A DNA stretch of 64,000 nt from Callorhinchus milii (lineage: Eukaryota), in contig NW_024704742.1 in NCBI RefSeq assembly GCF_018977255.1, positions 105,588,001-105,652,000 of the forward strand, in the 5' to 3' direction. Positions 11,309 through 24,704 of this stretch are shown here, piece by piece. How positions within the stretch are numbered: the first letter of the stretch is position 1; the number at the start of each line of letters is the position of its first letter. The notes under the pieces were generated by a model, which searched no databases, was not told where the DNA came from, and saw nothing but the letters and a program-made list of their open reading frames with translations. The position numbers were made by a program, and so were the translations under genes.

Positions 11309-12894
11309 GAATATACTCCTACAGAATATACTGTAAACTGAATTGACTAGAAGATGCAAGTTGGCGTGCTGTTCTAGGATTTCCCAGAGAGACTGCAATT
11401 TGTACGCCATGGGTGACTTTTGTGGTAATCTTGGAACGTCCTCCCGATGTGAAAGGCACTATACAAATGTAATCTTGTTGTTGTTGTAATTGAACAGTGA
11501 TTACACTCTACAAGTGCTTTTTCAACCCTCATGTGTGCATTTGAGAGCTGGTCTGTATGGCTCGAACCTACTCAGTGTTTTATTTTAGTACTCGGCAAAA
11601 CTATTGCTCTTAACAAGGTAGTAGCTTCCTCTCATCTTTTCCCACCACCACCGTGCCATACATAAGGAGGCTTGTGAGAGGTCTCAGGGAAGGAGTAATG
11701 GAGAAAATTTCCGTTTCCTTGCTGTCACATCGTACATTCGTGATTTTTTGTAATTGAATCGCCTGTTTTGAATGTAATTTAATAAAGCTTTTCAAGGCAC
11801 AAAAGACGTGGGTAACGTCCAGAGACTGTCAGTGCAGTGTTTTGAGGGAGTTCTTTATAGTTCTTGTTGTGCCTTGCATTTAATGAAAACATTCAGAAAC
11901 AGGCTGGATCGTGTTTCCCTGAGCTCACCTCTTCACCCTGCTGGAGGATTCGGAAGAGATCCAGCGTGGAACGACTGGGAGGAATGAGAAAAGCGCTGTT
12001 CCCAGAGAATTGTGATAGTGTAACCCAGGGTGGAATCTCCCCCACTTTTAAATCAACATGAGACGAATTCCACCCACAGTCAGTGCCTTTGTGTACGCAG
12101 CAAGGCCACGCCATTTGTAAACCAAATGTCTGTTAATAGATTAGTGTCAGACGCCCAGGCAATCACAATGTGATTGTGGCGTTACACTTCATCAGTCTCC
12201 TTCGAATATGAAATTGGCATTTGGGGGTGGTGGGGGTGGGGGCGGAGATGAGGAGAAACTTCCTTTCCTTATTGAAATCCAAACCATTCTTCGAGAATGC
12301 TGAATAACTGCAGCTTCCTTATCTCTGCCTTTCTGATTTTTAAAAAACATATTTTTTGTTTAAAGGGAAGAATGTGACTGATATCCTCGGCAGGTGACGG
12401 TGGAGGAGTCAGTGAGGGATCTGAAATTGCGTAGGTAATTCAAGCAGAAACACTGCTTGTGTCTCTGCCAATAGTACAGCCTTATAGACACTGTCAAGCT
12501 CAGTAACACCTCCAAACCACCCCACCAATGGTCTCAAACACGCAACTTAAATAAAAACAACTTCCTTCATTTTGAGATCTTTGAAAGAAAAGTTCATCGT
12601 GCCTTTCCAGCCGAACCTTATCAAAGTGATCTCATTGTACTTCAGCATATAAAAGAGAGGAGCTTGAAGGGTTTAGGGATAAGGAAGGCTGATGGGATTG
12701 AAGGATTCTCCTTGAGCCGGTGCAGGCTTGATGGGCCAAATGGTCTCTTTCCGCACTGTCGATTTTTATATTTCTATGTTCTGTGCCCTGCCCCAGTCCA
12801 GCCGGTCATTTTCGTAGCGATGTCCTGTCGTAGTAATTATAGGATCAGTTTTCTTTTCTATTAAGAGTAATGTGAGATAAGAAGAATCCTAACT

Positions 12895-13560
12895 CTCTGG
12901 AGCTGGGATTTGACTAGGGTAGGAATCCTTCCCACTCAGCTCCTGATAACCCTACAATAATGGAGCAGTTATATTTTCACCCACAAAATATACAATCCAT
13001 TCAATTTACAGTATATCCTGTGAAGCGCTTTGAGACGTCTTGAAGATGTGATAAGGCGTTATATCAAATGCGAGGATGATTATTATTATTACAAGCCCAA
13101 GTTCTAACAGATAGGTTGAACCTCACTGGACAAGCAGCAGGAAGCTTGTCAGACAGAGTCAACAATGGCAAACTGTGAGCTTTTAATGGGTTAAACTCCA
13201 GGTGTATCCCTTGCACAATTTGGGCATTGCATGTCTTGGCTTGAAAGGAATAACTTATTTTTATTTTGGAGGATTGTTGGCCAGGACACCGGGAGAAACT
13301 CCCTTCTCTTTTCAAATAGTGCCATGGGATCTTTAACCTGAACAGGCAGATGGGACCTCGGCAAAGGACAGAACCTCTGACAATGCAACAGCCCCCCAGC
13401 ACTGCTTGGAGAGTACATTTAGACCATGTGAGTTCATTCCCGACACGGGGCTTGAATCCACAACCTTTCGACTCAGAGGCAAGAGTGTTACCACTGTGCC
13501 AGACTGCAGGTCAGCAGGGTGCGTCCCTCTGGGGAAAGATTCCGCACTCCATTCCAGATA
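12895..13560 (+). repeat. Unclassified dispersed repeat interrupted by a SINE 3' fragment (~12975-13090, +) and a Deu-type SINE (~13255-13503, -)
   Basis: Segments cccactcagctcctgataaccct, ctggacaagcagcaggaagct and tgcgtccctc..ccattcca are collinear with 43460-43720. Confidence 0.7.
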
Positions 13561-14489
13561 AACATTTCCATGTTTGGTTTGGATAGTCTTTGGCATGGTA
13601 ATGCATTGCCACATGTGTCAAACACCCACATGACCACCAAATTCCTTCTCACCTGCAACTTTCTCTTTGTAACTCATTCCCCCCAAGTATTTGAAATGTC
13701 CACAATATTGAGCAGTTTGCCCACACGCAGCACTATTCCTCCTTCGATAACTGTGTGTTGTGTGTGAACTGTAAAGAAAACATCTGTGAAAGTTTCTGTC
13801 AGTAAAAAAANCTGCCAGTAGTTCATGTGTCGTGTGTATGTGCTCTTCAAGACTGCTGAAAGGAAGTTGAATTTCTCGATAACAAAATCAACATATCAAA
13901 AGCTGCCTCGTAACTCTCCCACCCACTGCTGGATCTGATGTCGCCCACAACTAAAGGCCTCACCTAATATTGTCATTAATTGCTGACTGTGACAGTGTTG
14001 GTGCTCATTAAGTAGATAAATAGCCTTTCAGTCAGCACAGGGGAGCACAGAGCACCACTGCACATCTCACAAGCGCAGCTCATTTCAGGCAACGGTCACG
14101 TTCTCTCTTTATTGAGACATTATAAGAGCTTCCCATTCTTCTTCAGGTAGTACAGTAATTTAAGGTTTCTAGTTAATAGGAAATACTTTGATTTGAATCA
14201 AATCAAATCCTAAGGTTTTTTTAAACTGTGAAAGTTTATTCCAACGCGAGGCTATGTTTGGTGATATTGGGCCAAAATTGGGACCTATGATGTGTTACTT
14301 AACACATTGTTGAAAGTGAAAGGTTGTACCCAGTCGATGGCTTAATCTATTATCTGGCCCATGTATGTAATCCTCGCCTCTGTCCCCCTCACAGACTCCA
14401 GCAATTGGATCCTAGGCCACCCACACTTCCCATCACATTTGCCAGCCTTCAGATCAGGGCATTGAAATGCTGGTTCAGTTATCTGCAGT

Positions 14490-15740
14490 TGAGTGGGCAG
14501 TGCTGTAGCATAAACACAGTCAGGCTAAGCTATGAGGAGAGGCTCACAAGCTAAACTTGTTCTTATTAGAAACATAATTTGAGAGGAAGCGTGATACAAA
14601 CCTTTAAAATGATAAGCAGTATAAACCACATCTATAAGTACGCTCTGAATTTGTGAGTCAGAACAGAATGTAGATTTAAAATGATAATCAACCAGTCCCC
14701 CCTATTTTGAGGCTCTATCCCACTCCCCCTCAAAACCACTGCCACCACTCCTCTTAAAAAATGATGGATATCAAGGCCTAGATGAGCGCAAATTTCCTGC
14801 AACTGAATGTTGGCAAGACAGAAGCCATATTCTTTGACTCCCATCAATGTGTTCTCTCCTATGGGTCTGAACTCCTCAACCTCCCCGGGCTCTCCCTCAG
14901 ACTCACCAAACCCGTGCGCAACTTAGGTGTCAGGTTTGATCCCCAGCTTTCCTTTCTACCCAACATTCTTTCCCTGACCAGGACCACTTTTTTCCACCTC
15001 CATCACATTGCCCGCCTCCGTTCGTACCTCACAACGCAGCCAAAACCCTCATCCAAGTGTTCGTCACTTCCCGGCTGGACTATTCCAATGTCCTCCTCAC
15101 TGGTCTCCCCAGTTTCCCGATACACAAAATTCAGTGAATTCAAAATTCCGCTGACCAAATACTCACCCGCACAAAACTCCGTATCCCTATCACACCAGGC
15201 CTTGTCAGGCTCCACTGGCTCCCAATTACCGAACGGATCGATTTCAAGATCCTCTCACTCATTTTCAAATCCCTTCATGCCCTCGCACCTCCCTATCTAT
15301 CCAATCTGCTTACCTCCCACACCACCGCTCCCTGCCTCTGCTCGGCTGGCTCCGGCTTCCTGTTGTCCCATATCCCCTCCACCATCGGTGGCCGTGCCTT
15401 CAGCCACTTCGCCCCGAAACTCTGAAACACTCTCCCTCAATCTCTCTGCCTTGGCCTCTCCCTTCCCCACTTTCAAATGCCGCCTGAAGACCATCCTTTT
15501 TGATCATACTTACAGTCACCTCCCCCGTCCCTCTCCCCCTGGTTCATTGTCAAGAGCTCCGGGACGCTATCCTGCGTGAATGGTGCTGTATAACTGCAAG
15601 TTGTTGTTATGGATGAAGTATCAAACATGATCAGATATTAGAGGAATATTTTTCCCCACTGAGGAGTGCATGTTGATAGTTGCAAAAGGCGTTACTGAGT
15701 TGATTAGTTCCTTCAAAGAAAAATTTGCTTGAGAAGAGTA
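14490..15740 (+). mobile_element. Old CR1 3' fragment split by an L2 insertion
   Basis: ctaagctatgaggagaggct (LSYEERL) before the L2; gatattagaggaatatttttcc after it. Confidence 0.55.
14767..15608 (+). mobile_element. L2 LINE, 5'-truncated, frameshifted ORF2
   Basis: [32 protein letters not shown]; (GTT)n tail. Confidence 0.92.
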
Positions 15741-17007
15741 TTAGAGGTATAGTAGAACACTACCTATCCGCACGATATATAACTGCTGTTTATTTTTCTT
15801 TGTCCTCCAATGGGGAAGCTGGATATCGGCCTGCGAGATACTGGCAGCTAAATAGATCTGTACACTTACAAAATTGGTTGTAAGGTTTTCATGGCTAAAT
15901 GATCTTAGAAACCTCATACACTTAAGCACAACAGTACTGTTTTTGCTGGTAGTGGACATGGTCTTTATACATTCCTAAATAGAAAGATTAGGGTGAGAGA
16001 TAGAGATATTGTAAAGATGGAAAAAGAGAGAAAGTGAGAAAGACTCCCAGAAAAAGACATAGAAAAAGAGAATGGCAGAATAAAAGAGTCCGAGGAAGAG
16101 AATTTGCTGGCACAGTGTGGCCCTGTACGGTGACAATATCAATCCTGATGGAACAATTTTTTCGTTGCCTTGAGGCCAATTTGAATTTTAGTGATGGGAT
16201 GTCCAATTATCTGCACTATTTGCTTATTCAAAAATATTTATCCACAAAACGTATTGTATATAGTGAATCCTGTGAATAATTCCCTGAGTCTTGGGCCAAC
16301 CCTCCAGAACATCGCTCGGACAGCAATTTTCTAGGAGGAGTCGGAGACTCATTTGTCCGTAATCGGATTTAATGGAAATAACCCTGAAATGTGGATCAGA
16401 GCGAGGGTCTGGAGGGATGGCTGAGACTTATCCCAGTACCTGCAGCTTCACCTCTTTGGAATCTTGCACTTTGGACTCTGGTAACAAATGTTGCACAGAT
16501 ACGTGGGGTTGGGGGTTGAGATGGGGGGGTACATATCAACTGTTGTTGGCTAGCTGCAGTGACATGTTCAGTGCACATTTTCTGATAGGAAATCCATTGA
16601 TAAACATGAATGACCATTGGTAACAGCTAGCAAACTGTGCGTGATAAGCCCTTCAGTGTGAATGGTGATGGCAGGTTCAGGGTCAATAGAATAACCAAAT
16701 GGACTGGAAAAGGAGGAGTTCTTTTTACCAGTCATCGGTCTCAACAAGATATGAAACATATTCATCAGAAAAATGGAAGACGACCTTGCTGTTTGAACCA
16801 TAAGGAAATGTTCTATTGAAGAGCACAGCAGAGTATCTATGATATGCTCTTTAAATCTGAATTGTAGCAGTTGACAGGCCAGCAACTGTGATTATGATGG
16901 AGCACACAGATTAATACACAGCACACAACTTTAGATACACTGTGTGGAGCCAGTACCAGCCCAACACTGCAGCTGTATCGGAAGAATAAAATCTAGGTAA
17001 ATAATAT

Positions 17008-17210
17008 TACTGATAACCCTTGCATTTGATATAGCACTTTTCATATCTTCTAGATGTCTCAAAGCACTTCACAGAATAGACTGTAATGTGAAGTCATTGT
17101 ATATTTGTGGGCGAAACGCGGCAGCCCATTGCGCACAGCAGTGTCCCACGAACAGTCGTGGATTGAAGTGACCAATTTATTATTGTTTTTTTTCTTGAGG
17201 GATTATTATT
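17008..17210 (-). mobile_element. SINE 3' half
   Basis: Reverse-complement match to the SINE body and end. Confidence 0.85.
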
Positions 17211-17419
17211 AAATGTGCGAGCAGCACTTTGTTCTTTTGCATGAAAAGGGAACTGAATAATTTTTCTTTAAAATCGCATATCTGTAATTAGATATTGGTG
17301 TGCGCCAAACTCTTAATTACAGCAGATTCACAGTTTCAAAGGTGAGGCCCTTTTAAAGATATCTAATGTGGTATCTTCCTGGAAATGAAAACCTGAAAAG
17401 GATGAAAAGCTGCCCTTCA

Positions 17420-17563
17420 CTGTCCAGTTTCGCTCACAAAGTACACAGTCAGTTCACTTTACAGTATACTTTACAGTATATCCTGTGAAGCACTTTGAAA
17501 CGTCTCAATGATATGATAAGGCACTGTATATCAAATGCAAGGAATGATACTTTATATTATTAT
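17420..17563 (+). mobile_element. SINE 3' fragment
   Basis: cagtcagttcactttacagtata..tatcaaatgcaagga. Confidence 0.75.
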
Positions 17564-17564
17564 T

Positions 17565-17700
17565 GCTGCCCTTGCTACCCTTCACTGCTCTAGACTGCCC
17601 TTCAGTGCTCTAGACTGCACTTCACTCTGCTGCACCACTGTCCCCTGCCATTCATTGCCCTTCAATGCCCCTGACTGCTGGCTCCCAGATGCACTTTGAC
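17565..17700. repeat. Degenerate 10/20-bp tandem repeat (ctgcccttca.tgctctaga)
   Basis: Direct inspection. Confidence 0.6.
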
Positions 17701-18351
17701 TTTTTCCTTCAGAGCCCAGTTGTGGTTCAGCCATGAATGGAAACAAGGCCAATACATGCACATATGTGTACACACACAAGTGGACATGTTTATAAACACA
17801 CATGCCTGCATTCACACATCCTATTAGGATTAATTTAATAACATGAACATTTACTACTTGGTCCAGACTGCATAATGAAGAGAGTTCCTTCCCCCATGCC
17901 TTCCCCCAGACAAATGTCATCTTAGCCATTACAGATATTACTTGGAAGCTCTGTGTTTATTCCTGTTAAACTAGCAGTCAGTGGAGCATGCTCGCAAAGG
18001 TTCATTCAGAGATGTGTATCATGGGCCCAAGCTGGTCTCATGACACAGGCATTGCTGTGAACGCAGTGGTTCTGAGCTTTACAGCAACTTGCATTTATAT
18101 AGCATCCTTAAAGCAGGATAGCATCTCAGAGCATTGTCAGAAAGAAAATAGGTAGTGGAAACAATTGTGAGGCTCTCCTTGCAGTGTCATAGGAACATAG
18201 GAATTGCTGGATGAAAAAAGACCAAGATCCATCTAGTTCATCTTCTACCATCTTGGTAGTCGCATGTTACAGTATTGGAGATGTTGATAGTAATTAATTC
18301 TGTAACAGAATGTGTCGAGACGGTGTGAAAGTTTAGCGCTCATCTTTTCAG

Positions 18352-18685
18352 ATAATAATAATAATAATAATAATCCTTGCATTTGATATAGCGTTTTTCA
18401 TGTCGGGAGGACGTCCCAAAGCACTTCACAGAACACACTGTAAAGTGAATTGACTGTATATTTGTAGGCGAACGCGGCAGCCAATTGCGCACAGCAATGT
18501 CCCACAAACAGTCGTAGATTGAAAATGACCAATTTTTATTATTGTTTTTGGTTTTTGGAGGGATTATTATTATTAGGTGTGTGGAGTAAGGAAACTTGCC
18601 CAAGGTTTCGCCCTCTGCCTGGAATTGAACTCAGGTCTCTCACTTGCAAAGCGAGTGCTCTAACCACTGAGCTACAAGACTCCAC
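18352..18685 (-). mobile_element. Young tRNA-derived SINE, full length
   Basis: Reverse complement of head, body and tail. Confidence 0.93.
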
Positions 18686-20944
18686 GTCCACCTACACTGT
18701 GAGCCTAAAAGCTTATTACAGCCTTATGTATTCCTATGTAATTCTTCCTTTTAGTGAACATTATGCCATTTAACTACATGGGTGTAATGTTCAATTTAGG
18801 TTTATTTTGTTGAAATTATGCATTAAGATTGAAGCTTGTGACTAGAAAATAATGCCTTGTTCCAGAATGACAGGTGAAAATGTGTTGCGTTTTGGAGACC
18901 ATCTTGTCACCATGTCCTTTAACCCCCGCCTCACAGCTCTGAATGCCTTGCTACCCTGTTCAGACTATATTCTAGATAAGCAGCAAGACTTATCAAAGTC
19001 CAATGTACCTCAGTGGAGATACAGCAGCCAAACCTAGCTCTGTTCCTTTATATTTCAATTCCAAAGGGTGAAATTTAGGTCTCTATGTAAGTGTTGCATT
19101 GCTTTGGAACTGGCAGCCAACCTTATTATCTCGGTTGATGGACTGTAATTAGCAGCAGTTTTATAACACCAATTATGTGCTGCAGATATGTTTTCAGTCA
19201 CACTTACACATAGACACCACAAAGCCACACAACAGCAATCCACTGCAATAATCGCATTGTTGCAATGTGACACTGTCTGAGGCATTTTGCAGTAAGTGTC
19301 TGCATTTGTTGTGGTAATTACTGTAATTTATTGTCTTTTGCACGGGTTTAAATTTGAATGGGGAAGAGTAAAAGTGAGGGAGGAGGGGAGTGGGGGGAAA
19401 AGGGAATCAATATGCCAAGCCGAGCTGTTCATTCGTTCTCACATGGAGGCACAGATGCTTGCGGAGCATCAGTAAAAATCTCAATGCCAAATGATTGACT
19501 GGTCTTTTAATATGTGCCGAGCAGTAAATTTCTTTCTGAAGCAATTTGCGTTTGCTTCCTTTCATTCCACCGGCAGCCTTCAAATCATAGCCCGAGAATA
19601 TTTAGGTTGCCTTTTTATTCCCACGAAAGCCCTGAAAGTAAGCATTTTGTCATTCCATTAAGTTCTTTGTTAAAAATCCACTGACTAGATATCAAGGCGC
19701 TCTACAGGTAGTGCTCTTTTTTATTAATTTACCTACATGCGCTGTGTCTCCCTTGAAATGGGCCTGTCTCTCTCTCTCTTTCTTTGTACTGCTCGCATTT
19801 GAAGATGGGGAACCTTGACAGGGGCTTGATAGGGAGCCTGTAGTTAAATAAATGAATTTGCAGACAAAAGGACCTTGGCTCTCTTCTGTAACTTTGATCA
19901 TCCACCGGGACTGACTTCTTATCAAGTCGTAGAGGGAAAACATTTTGAATGCAAAGTTTTTTCTCTTGTTTTTTTATAAATAGAAATCTAAAAGGCCTTT
20001 TTAAAAAAAAAACAGCGTGAGACTGTGGTGTCACAGGGTTTAATCGGTTGTGTTTGCAATGCTGTGTTCATCTTGTGAGACTGGTGCCTGTCTTGCTAAA
20101 TGCGGGGAGAAATTCTTTCTAAATGAATTCAGATGACCAGACAGCAAGGGATTTGAAAGGTAACAGGTTGGATGTAACTGGGCCTGTCTTTAAGGCTTCT
20201 TTTGCTCTGATGTTTCACAGCATGCAACCATCCTTTTATTTTGTTCAGATTCCTGAAAATCTCAGTGGCTTTCAACCAAACAAAGCAAACTAAAGAGTAT
20301 TTAAATGGATAATCAAGGTCTCTTCAAATCTCTCAGACACAAATAACCTTGACATTGGTTTGATTGAGGCCAATGATTAACACAATGCTCCCTGTATGAC
20401 TTTCACGGATTCAGGGGGATACAGAAACCTCCTGGCTGGGCTCCACTCTGTATTTTCTCTGAATGAAAATCTCCGTGCAGTCCGTGCAGGGACTGGGCCC
20501 TGGAGCAAAGTTTGTAACCAAAATCCTTCTTAAAAGCATCCTGCCAGCTCACGCCCTTGGACACCAGATTTCATATTGGTGCAATGCAAGCACAGTCCTG
20601 AAGTGAGATCAACCCTTGCCCTGTGCAGCATGTCTTTGAAGTGTGGGTGGGGAGGAATGCCAGGTTGTTGGCTTTGATGGCTCCTTGCTCATGCCTTTGA
20701 TCATTTTTTCCTAGTTATTGACATTCAGAGATCGCAACAGATCAAACCAGGTCTGTGTTGGCAATCAGTTGCCATTGTGAACATGCTGAATTCTACGCTC
20801 CACATTGGTTGCCCTGTAAAGCAATTCACCTGTGCTTTGGTTTGAGGCTGTAATGTATTCTGCTTTGCCCATTCTACCCTTCACGTTTGAGGGTTTGTAT
20901 GTATCTGTGTCAGTTGTCAAACAATGCTTGACAACTGATATTAC

Positions 20945-21067
20945 TGTCTGGCCATTGATATCCCTGCCTGGCAAGCTTTCCTACTGCTTGTCCAGCTAGG
21001 ACAACCTGTTAGGGCTTTTGATTGCAGGGTTAACAGGAGCTGAATGGGAAGAGTCCTTTCCCCCAGG
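20945..21067 (-). repeat. Fragment of the unclassified repeat (43270-43730 family)
   Basis: gctttcctactgcttgtccagctaggac..agggcttt..gcagggttaacaggagctgaatggga is the reverse complement of ~43465-43565. Confidence 0.7.
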
Positions 21068-21556
21068 AACTTATCCCGTTTTAATCTCAACCATTTTTTT
21101 TTGGGGGGGAAGAAAAGGGTCAAATTTAAAAGGGGGCTGGAGTCAGAGATATGGAGAAGGCTCTATCCTGTCATGCTAACACTTTCCCCAAATCCCACTC
21201 GGTTATTTTGGATGCCTGCCTGGCAGTGTAAATCAGCATCCCATTCGACCATAAAGGATAACACAGCTGAGTCTGATTACAGCTGTTTGTACCGGGATGT
21301 ACATTTGAAAAGCCACATTACTGGGTGAGGTCCCTGTTTGCCCCCAAACTATTTGGAAAGTATTCTTTCATTACAAATAATTTAGAACAGCTCAGGCAGC
21401 TTTCATGGGAATGGTCTTCACGGCTGCAGAGTCGGTGCTGCCGAGGGAGGGAGGGAGGGAGGGAGCGAGCATTGCGCATGTGGCAAGCAATGTCCTGCTG
21501 TTAGCTCTCAGTGATTCTTGTAAAATGACCAAGGGAGTGGGTGGTGCAGTGGGTCA

Positions 21557-21959
21557 TCTTCAAAGCCCTCCATGGTTTTGCTCCCCCCTATCTCTCCGAC
21601 TTCCTAACCTCATATCAGCCTGTGCTCTCCCTCCACTTGGCCAACACCAGCCTGCTTCAGGCCCCCTGCACTTCCCTACCCTCAGTTGGCGGTCAGATAT
21701 TCAGCATCTCTGCCCTCACACTCTGGAACTCTATCCCGCAATCCCTCCACCTCACCCCCTTTCTTGCCTCCTTCAAGTCCCGTCTGAAGACCTTCCTCTT
21801 TGATCGTGCCTTCAGCCACCCTCCCACTCCTACCACCCTGGCCTCCACCTTTCCTGACCCAACTCCTAGTTCGGGTCCAAAAAACCCTGACTGTTCAGCG
21901 CCCTGAGACATCTTTCCGACATGAAGGGCGCTATACAAGAGTAATTTGTTTTTGTTGTT
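21557..21959 (+). mobile_element. L2 LINE 3' fragment
   Basis: FKALHGFAPPYLSD..LWNSIP..FKSRLKTFLF; (GTT)n-like tail. Confidence 0.88.
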
Positions 21960-21967
21960 ACCACACT

Positions 21968-22065
21968 GACCCTCATCTCTAGGACCTAGGGCTGAATCCA
22001 GCTTTGTCTGGTGGGATGAAGTCCCACTCTCATACAGCTGTTTAATGGTGCTACTGAACCACAAT
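21968..22065 (+). mobile_element. LF-SINE-like ancient SINE relic
   Basis: catctctaggacctagggctgaatccagc..cagctgtttaatggtgct resembles the LF-SINE 5' part as I recall it; homologous to 23600-23740. Confidence 0.45.
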
Positions 22066-22534
22066 CAGGCCACCCAAACCAACTTCCAAGATCCATGAGC
22101 TCACAGTATAAACAATTCTAGTGCCCTTGTGCTGATCTGTTTGCAGACTTTGGCATTCCTGCATGCAGCTGATGCAATGGAAGTAGCGTTGTAGCGTTTC
22201 ACAATGCTGGGAATGTCTGTTGCACAAAGGTAGGGGGTGGGTCCATGCTGCGATATGTTTTTCCTCTGTCTGTCTCTCTCTTTCCCTCCCCCCACACACC
22301 CACATCCTATTTCATCAGTCCTTAAGGGGAGGTGACAACAGATATTTTATGCTTCCCTTAAGGGACGGAGGAGAAAAGCGAGTGAGTGCTCGCCAATATC
22401 GAAGGTCCCCTGTAGCTGGCAGCTGAGATGCAGAAGCCTCCCCGTCACAGCCAGTAAAGTGCTAAATAGATGACAGTACTTGAATTTTTATAGCCAACTT
22501 AACACATTGAAATATCTTAAAGTGCATCACAAGT

Positions 22535-22827
22535 AGATGTTAAACCAAGGTCCCATCTGCCTGTTCAGATGGAAGTTAAAGATCCCTTGACACTATTCGA
22601 AAATCAAGGGAGTTTCTCCCAGTATCCTGGCCCACAAATCCCCCAAATAAAATTGGTCACTCACTCCATGGCTGTTTTGGGGACATTGTTGTGCGCAATG
22701 TCCCACAAACTGCCGCGTTTCACCCACAAAATAGACAGTCACTCTACTCTGCAGTATATCCTATTAAGCGCTTTGAGCCATTTCGATGACGCTATATCAA
22801 GTGCAAGGAATATTTATTATTATTATG
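22535..22827 (+). mobile_element. Deu-type SINE, 5'-truncated
   Basis: gttaaaccaaggtcccatctgcctgttcag..aaagatccc core plus the shared 3' end. Confidence 0.8.
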
Positions 22828-23599
22828 ATGTGGCTGTTTCTTGGGGCCATAATGGCAGCCATTTGTGCCAGAAGGGTCCCCCAAATAGTGATGAGTCAAA
22901 TGATCAATCAATCTGGGAAATTGTTCTCAGCGAGAACCCCCCATCTCTTTTCAAATAGTGTCATGGGATTTGTCATAAAACAAGAAATATATTGAGAAAA
23001 CATACTACCCATCAAACTTGGACTTACCTAGACTCTTGTGAATGTTCAGAGGGGCGCTTCTTGACGATTCCGTGGGCCACTTCTGGTCTGCAGGCCACAG
23101 GTTGGCTACCACTGCCCTAAACTGCTATGAGCCCATGTTCCACGTGGTGCTTGAACCCACAGCCAAAAGGCGAGAGTACTAACAACTGAGACAAGTTCAA
23201 TCCTAAATAGGTGGGAGTGGGGTGAATATATAGGTTTTAAATACACTGGAATGATATACGTTTTACAAAACTGATTGAGTTCAGTGGAGTCCGTAACTTA
23301 ACATGAGCAGGCATCGCATTCTGTAACTTGCCTGGTCATTTCTAAGAGGATCCCTTTATCAAGGCTATTCTGTTTATTCGTTTGGGAGTAATTGCAGTTG
23401 GAAGCTGGATCAAATTTGTCTGCACCATAAATGTCATCCCATCTGCCCAGATTTATAACGGTGTCTTATTTCCAAGAAAACAATAAACTAGAATTGAACT
23501 TCTATGTCTCCTCTGTGTCTTTAACATTGGCGACGGGTGTTATTTTTTTAAAACAATCTCTGAACATGAATTTAAACGTTTTAAGATGACTGGGAGGTC

Positions 23600-23740
23600 T
23601 GGGCAGAACAATATCCTTTCAGCTTCTAGACTTGGGTTTGAATCCAGCCCAGTCTGATGGGATTGAATGTCTCGCCTCTCCAACAGCTGTTAATGGTGCT
23701 CAGCAAACAAGTTGAGGCCAATTCAACCCATTTCTAATCA
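23600..23740 (+). mobile_element. LF-SINE-like ancient SINE relic
   Basis: cctttcagcttctagacttgggtttgaatccagcccagtc..cagctgttaatggtgct..agttg. Confidence 0.45.
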
Positions 23741-24104
23741 CATGACTCGATGGTATAAATCTGCCCACGCAATTCATACTGTGCAAGAACAAGAATCGCT
23801 TTTTTTTAAATATTCATATTTACAGGGTTTGTACAATAAATTTTGAGGCAGAGTTGATGTAAGGGACTGGATGGTATAATTATCATTATCCTTGACCAGT
23901 AGTCATTGTGCCCTTGTTAATTGCGTGGGGTGGGAGAGGGAGGTTTACTGACACAAGACTGAGCATTTTCAATGTCAATTTAAGCACCTAAATTAATTTT
24001 ATAAATGTAAATGATTCACCTTGTGAATCTGTGCAATGGACATGAAAATTAACTCTCCTTTTTGAAGTCACATCCTCGGCTCACCTTCCTTGTTTATCTT
24101 TGGT

Positions 24105-24704
24105 CCCTGACCAAGACAGGATTTCTTCACCTTCGCCACATCGTCCACTAGATCCCGATCTCACATCAAATGCAGCCAGAAACCCTGTCATCTCTCAACT
24201 AGACTTTTCCAAAAAATTCCTCATTTCATTTCAGCTCTCACTGAACCATTTCAGCTCTCACTGAACCAAAACTCTGCCAATTGCATCCTCACGCACATCA
24301 AACTCCACTTGACCATCACCCCAGTCCTCACCAGGCTCCACTGACTTCCTGTCTCCCAGTGGATTGGCTTCAGTGTTCTCACCCTCACTAATAAATCACT
24401 TCACGTTCTCGCACCTCATTGTCTGTCACCTTCTCCTACCTCACTCTTCTACCTGCCCCGTCCACTTGCCTAACCTGAGCCTCCAGCAACCACTTTTTGA
24501 ACCTCTGGATCTCCCTCTCTCTATCCCTACAAATCACTCAACACTTCTCTATCTATCTTTAAATTCCACCTAAACAGCAACAACAAAAACCTTCCACTTC
24601 AACCATGTCCCTATTCCCTCCTTCTGTTTCTTTCTCACTCAGTGTCCAACCCTCTCCTTGTAAAGTGCTCCTAGATGCTATATAACTGTAAATGATTGTC
24701 GTCG
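24105..24704 (+). mobile_element. Old L2 3' fragment
   Basis: cttcaccttcgccacatcg..accatcaccccagtcctcaccaggctccactg..ctatataactgtaa. Confidence 0.7.

Noticed and set aside
13811..13811. Single N base
   Set aside because: Assembly ambiguity beside a poly-A run; not biological.
14782..15579. Long ORFs of 265 aa here and 261 aa at 58994-59779
   Set aside because: Frameshifted L2 ORF2 remnants, partly read out of frame.
20910..20938. Perfect 11-bp hairpin TCAGTTGTCAA/TTGACAACTGA
   Set aside because: Too short for a pre-miRNA and has no supporting context.
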